From: a virus
Taxonomy: Duplodnaviria > Heunggongvirae > Uroviricota > Caudoviricetes
IMG/VR virus record: IMGVR_UViG_2657245664_000013
Coordinates: 1 to 28,520 of that record
DNA: 28,520 nt
Strand: one strand, 5' to 3'
Shown piece after piece: positions 26,272 to 28,520 of this stretch. Below the pieces are notes generated by a model, which saw only the letters and a list, made by a program, of their open reading frames with translations, was not told the DNA's origin and did not search any database. The translations under genes were made by a program, and so were the position numbers. Each line of letters begins with the position of its first letter. Position 1 is the first letter of the stretch.

Positions 26272-26739
26272 CTACTTAATGCACTGAGTGCGGATATATT
26301 CCTGCGCCCCTTCCAGTTGCATCTGCATCGTCATCAATCGGTCTCTGAGGGTGAAATAATCCCGTTCAGCGGTGTCTGCCAGTCGGGGGATGGTTGCATT
26401 ATCCACGCTGGTGGGTCCGGTGGCTTCACGCACGGCTGCGGAGCAACTGGCATTGACCCGCAGGCGCTTACGGCCAGCGGCAACATCAGCGCGCAGAGTT
26501 TCATTTTCAGCTTGCGCATTGGCTAATTCTCTCGAGTACTTTGCATCGAGCGCAGCAACATCACGCTGACGCTGCTGCATGTCAGCGATGGTGGCGATCG
26601 CCAGCTTCAGCTCACTGACTTTTTTATCACGCTGTTCTTTGTAGGCGATGGCGTTATCACGGTAATGATTGACCGCCCACGACAGGCAGACGATGATGCA
26701 GATAACCAGAGCGGAGATAATCGCGGTTACTCTGCTCAT
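26272..26739 (-). CDS. Rz: Spanin inner-membrane subunit (Rz-like)
   Basis: [31 protein letters not shown]... has an N-terminal TM anchor and a coiled-coil periplasmic domain. ATG at 26737-26739 overlaps the endolysin stop (ATGA). Confidence 0.9.
   Translation of the reverse strand: MSRVTAIISALVICIIVCLSWAVNHYRDNAIAYKEQRDKKVSELKLAIATIADMQQRQRDVAALDAKYSRELANAQAENETLRADVAAGRKRLRVNASCSAAVREATGPTSVDNATIPRLADTAERDYFTLRDRLMTMQMQLEGAQEYIRTQCIK
26334..26519 (-). CDS. Rz1: Spanin outer-membrane lipoprotein subunit (Rz1-like), nested in the +1 frame of Rz
   Basis: 61 aa with a lipobox (LAVSAC) and a proline-rich mature part ([30 protein letters not shown]). Entirely embedded within Rz. Confidence 0.85.
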   Translation of the reverse strand: MRKLKMKLCALMLPLAVSACGSMPVAPQPCVKPPDPPAWIMQPSPDWQTPLNGIISPSETD

Positions 26740-27233
26740 TGTTGCCCCCACAAACAGACTTCACGCTCAATCTCACGACGAGTCATCAGGCCTTTCCATT
26801 GCTTACCGCCAGCGTATGTCCAGCGACGTAGCTGGTCACATGCGCCTTTGATATCGCCCTGGTTGATTTTGCGAAGAAGCGTCGATGTTCTGAAATTGCC
26901 AGCACCCACGTTGTAGACGAACGAGTAAAGAGCGCCGCGCGTTGTTTCCGGTATATCGACTTTGATGTACGGGTTAATTTGTCTGGCGACCGTGGCAAGG
27001 TCTTTATTCAGGAGGGCTTTGCATTCTGCTTCGGTATACGTTTTACCTAGCATGATGTCTTTTCCGGTGTGTCCGTGACATACAGTCCATACGCCAACGA
27101 TATCTTTGTATGGTATGTAGCTGACACCTTCCAGGCCATCGTCACCACTCGGACCAGTGATGAGCACAGACGCTATGGCAACAGCCCCACCACCAATAGC
27201 AGCAGCAACAGCCTTGCGTAATGATGGCGACAT
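26736..27233 (-). CDS. R: SAR endolysin (phage 21 R-type lysozyme, GH24)
   Basis: N-terminal signal-anchor-release segment [20 protein letters not shown], then a T4-lysozyme-like E...D...T catalytic region ([24 protein letters not shown]). Start overlaps the holin stop (TAATG). Confidence 0.92.
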   Translation of the reverse strand: MSPSLRKAVAAAIGGGAVAIASVLITGPSGDDGLEGVSYIPYKDIVGVWTVCHGHTGKDIMLGKTYTEAECKALLNKDLATVARQINPYIKVDIPETTRGALYSFVYNVGAGNFRTSTLLRKINQGDIKGACDQLRRWTYAGGKQWKGLMTRREIEREVCLWGQQ

Positions 27234-27448
27234 TATTCACCTCTCGCAGCCTTACGCTTATCTTCTTTAATCTTGAAATAAAGGTTTGTCAGATACGTCA
27301 GCAAGCCAAATACCAGACTACCCAGCACACCTATTGCCGCCCACTGTGAGGGCGTGACTTTATCGAGCAACTGTAAAAACCAGTACCCGGCACTACCTGC
27401 TGAGGTGCCATAGGCGACACCCGTTGTTAACTTATCCATGGATTTCAT
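27233..27448 (-). CDS. S: Pinholin (phage 21 S-type holin) with dual-start motif
   Basis: [71 protein letters not shown]. Met1-Lys-Ser-Met4 is the classic antiholin/holin dual start. SD GAGGTG upstream. The track ORF over-extends at the N-terminus. Confidence 0.9.
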
Positions 27449-27483
27449 AACCCCACCTCGCAGATGCGGGTGCTGTGTAATGG

Positions 27484-27509
27484 AAATAAAAAGGCCACCT
27501 GACGTGGCC
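27484..27509 (-). terminator. Intrinsic terminator between the methyltransferase gene and the holin gene
   Basis: Minus-strand RNA has GGUGGCCACGUCAGGUGGCC followed by UUUUUAUUUCC, ending about 35 nt upstream of the holin start. Confidence 0.6.
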
Positions 27510-27515
27510 ACCAGA

Positions 27516-28520
27516 TTATTTCCCCACCAGCTCGTTTATCTCTTTCACTGTCTGGTTAAACCGCTCTGACTCAAGCTCAACACCTAAGGCCCGACGCCCC
27601 AGCGCCATTGCTGCTTTTATTGTGGAACCGGATCCCATAAAAAAATCAGCAACCAGATCACCTGGTCGACTACTGGCATTGATTATTTGCCTGAGCATAT
27701 CCGCCGGTTTCTCACACGGATGTTTCCCCGGGTAGAACTGAACGGGTTTATGCATCCAGACATCGGTATAAGGCACGGAGACTGATACGGAGAAATAGCG
27801 CCGGAGAGATTTAAACTCATCCAGCAATTCAGAATATTTGCGATTCAGTGAATCATAAGATGCCACCAGCTGGTGGTGTGGTTGTTCCAGTTGTTGTTCC
27901 TGAAACTTCTCTGCCGCTATACGGGAAAACAGTGCCTGTAACTTCCGATAGTCAGCCTCATTCGGCAACTGCCACTGACTGGCACCAAACCAGTGGGAAA
28001 CCATATTTTTCTTACCTGTGGCTTCGGCAATTTGTTTTGCCGTTATACCCAGTTCGGCACGAGCATCCCTGAAATACGATATCAGCGGTGCCATTATGTG
28101 CTGTTTGAGTTCCCTTTCTTTTGCTGCATAGCCGTCACTTTTGCCGCGATATGGCCCCTGGTAATGTTCAGCAAACAGAACGCGCTCTGTGGCAGGAAAA
28201 TATGCGCGCAGACTTTCTTTATTACACCCATTCCAACGTCCGGACGGCTTCGCCCAGATGATATGGTTAAGCACGTTGAAACGTTCACGCATCATGATCT
28301 CAATATCAGATGCCAGGCGATGTCCACAGAACAGGTAAAGGCTTCCGGCAGGTTTCAACACCCGCCAGAACTGGGCCAGACAGTGATCCAGCCACTTAAG
28401 GTAATCTTCGTCCCCTTTCCACTGATTGTCCCAACCGTTGGGTTTCACCTTGAAGTACGGCGGATCGGTAACAATCAGGTCAATGGAATCATCAGGCAGG
28501 GACTGAATAAAATGCAGGCA
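27516..28520 (-). CDS. DNA methyltransferase (beta-class N6-adenine / N4-cytosine type), 5'-truncated by the window edge
   Basis: The reading frame stays open to the window end. Translating the last bases gives ...[16 protein letters not shown] (DPPY motif IV), and the C-terminal part has the AdoMet motif DFFMGSGST. The order DPPY before FxGxG indicates beta-class. Confidence 0.88.

Larger units (their letters stand above)
1580..28520. mobile_element. Lambdoid (Siphoviridae-type) prophage integrated at the 5' end of dusA: int-proximal arm through the lysis region; continues beyond the window
   Basis: Contiguous set of phage genes (int, tail fiber, tail, head, terminase, lysis) immediately adjacent to dusA. 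The exact attL crossover, probably inside the first ~100 nt of dusA, cannot be fixed from this window alone. Confidence 0.9.

Overview
This window is an E. coli-like enterobacterial chromosome segment: host genes pspG and dusA on the minus strand (166-1579), followed by about 27 kb of a mosaic lambdoid prophage integrated at the 5' end of dusA. All calls rest on reading the sequence and on recalled family signatures; no database search or alignment was run. Left to right the prophage carries a tyrosine integrase (+) and a dinI-like gene (+) behind a promoter with two tandem LexA boxes, then a long minus-strand late operon. That operon, read right to left, is: a DNA methyltransferase truncated at the window edge, a phage-21-type lysis cassette (pinholin, SAR endolysin, Rz with nested Rz1), HNH endonuclease, TerS, TerL, portal, prohead protease, HK97-type major capsid, four head-tail connector/completion genes, major tail protein, a G/GT chaperone pair with an A-AAA-AAG -1 frameshift site, tape measure, lambda-like M-L-K-I-J, lom, Stf and Tfa. 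The most interesting element is an AT-rich moron cassette (16881-17303) inserted between T and the tape measure gene, encoding a small two-helix membrane protein with a C-terminal zinc ribbon, with its own promoter-like sequence and terminator. Other points worth follow-up are GGTTCCC operator-like repeats between int and dusA, a dyad-symmetric candidate cos region between HNH and terS, and a small hydrophobic ORF between terL and portal. No rRNA, tRNA or CRISPR array was seen.
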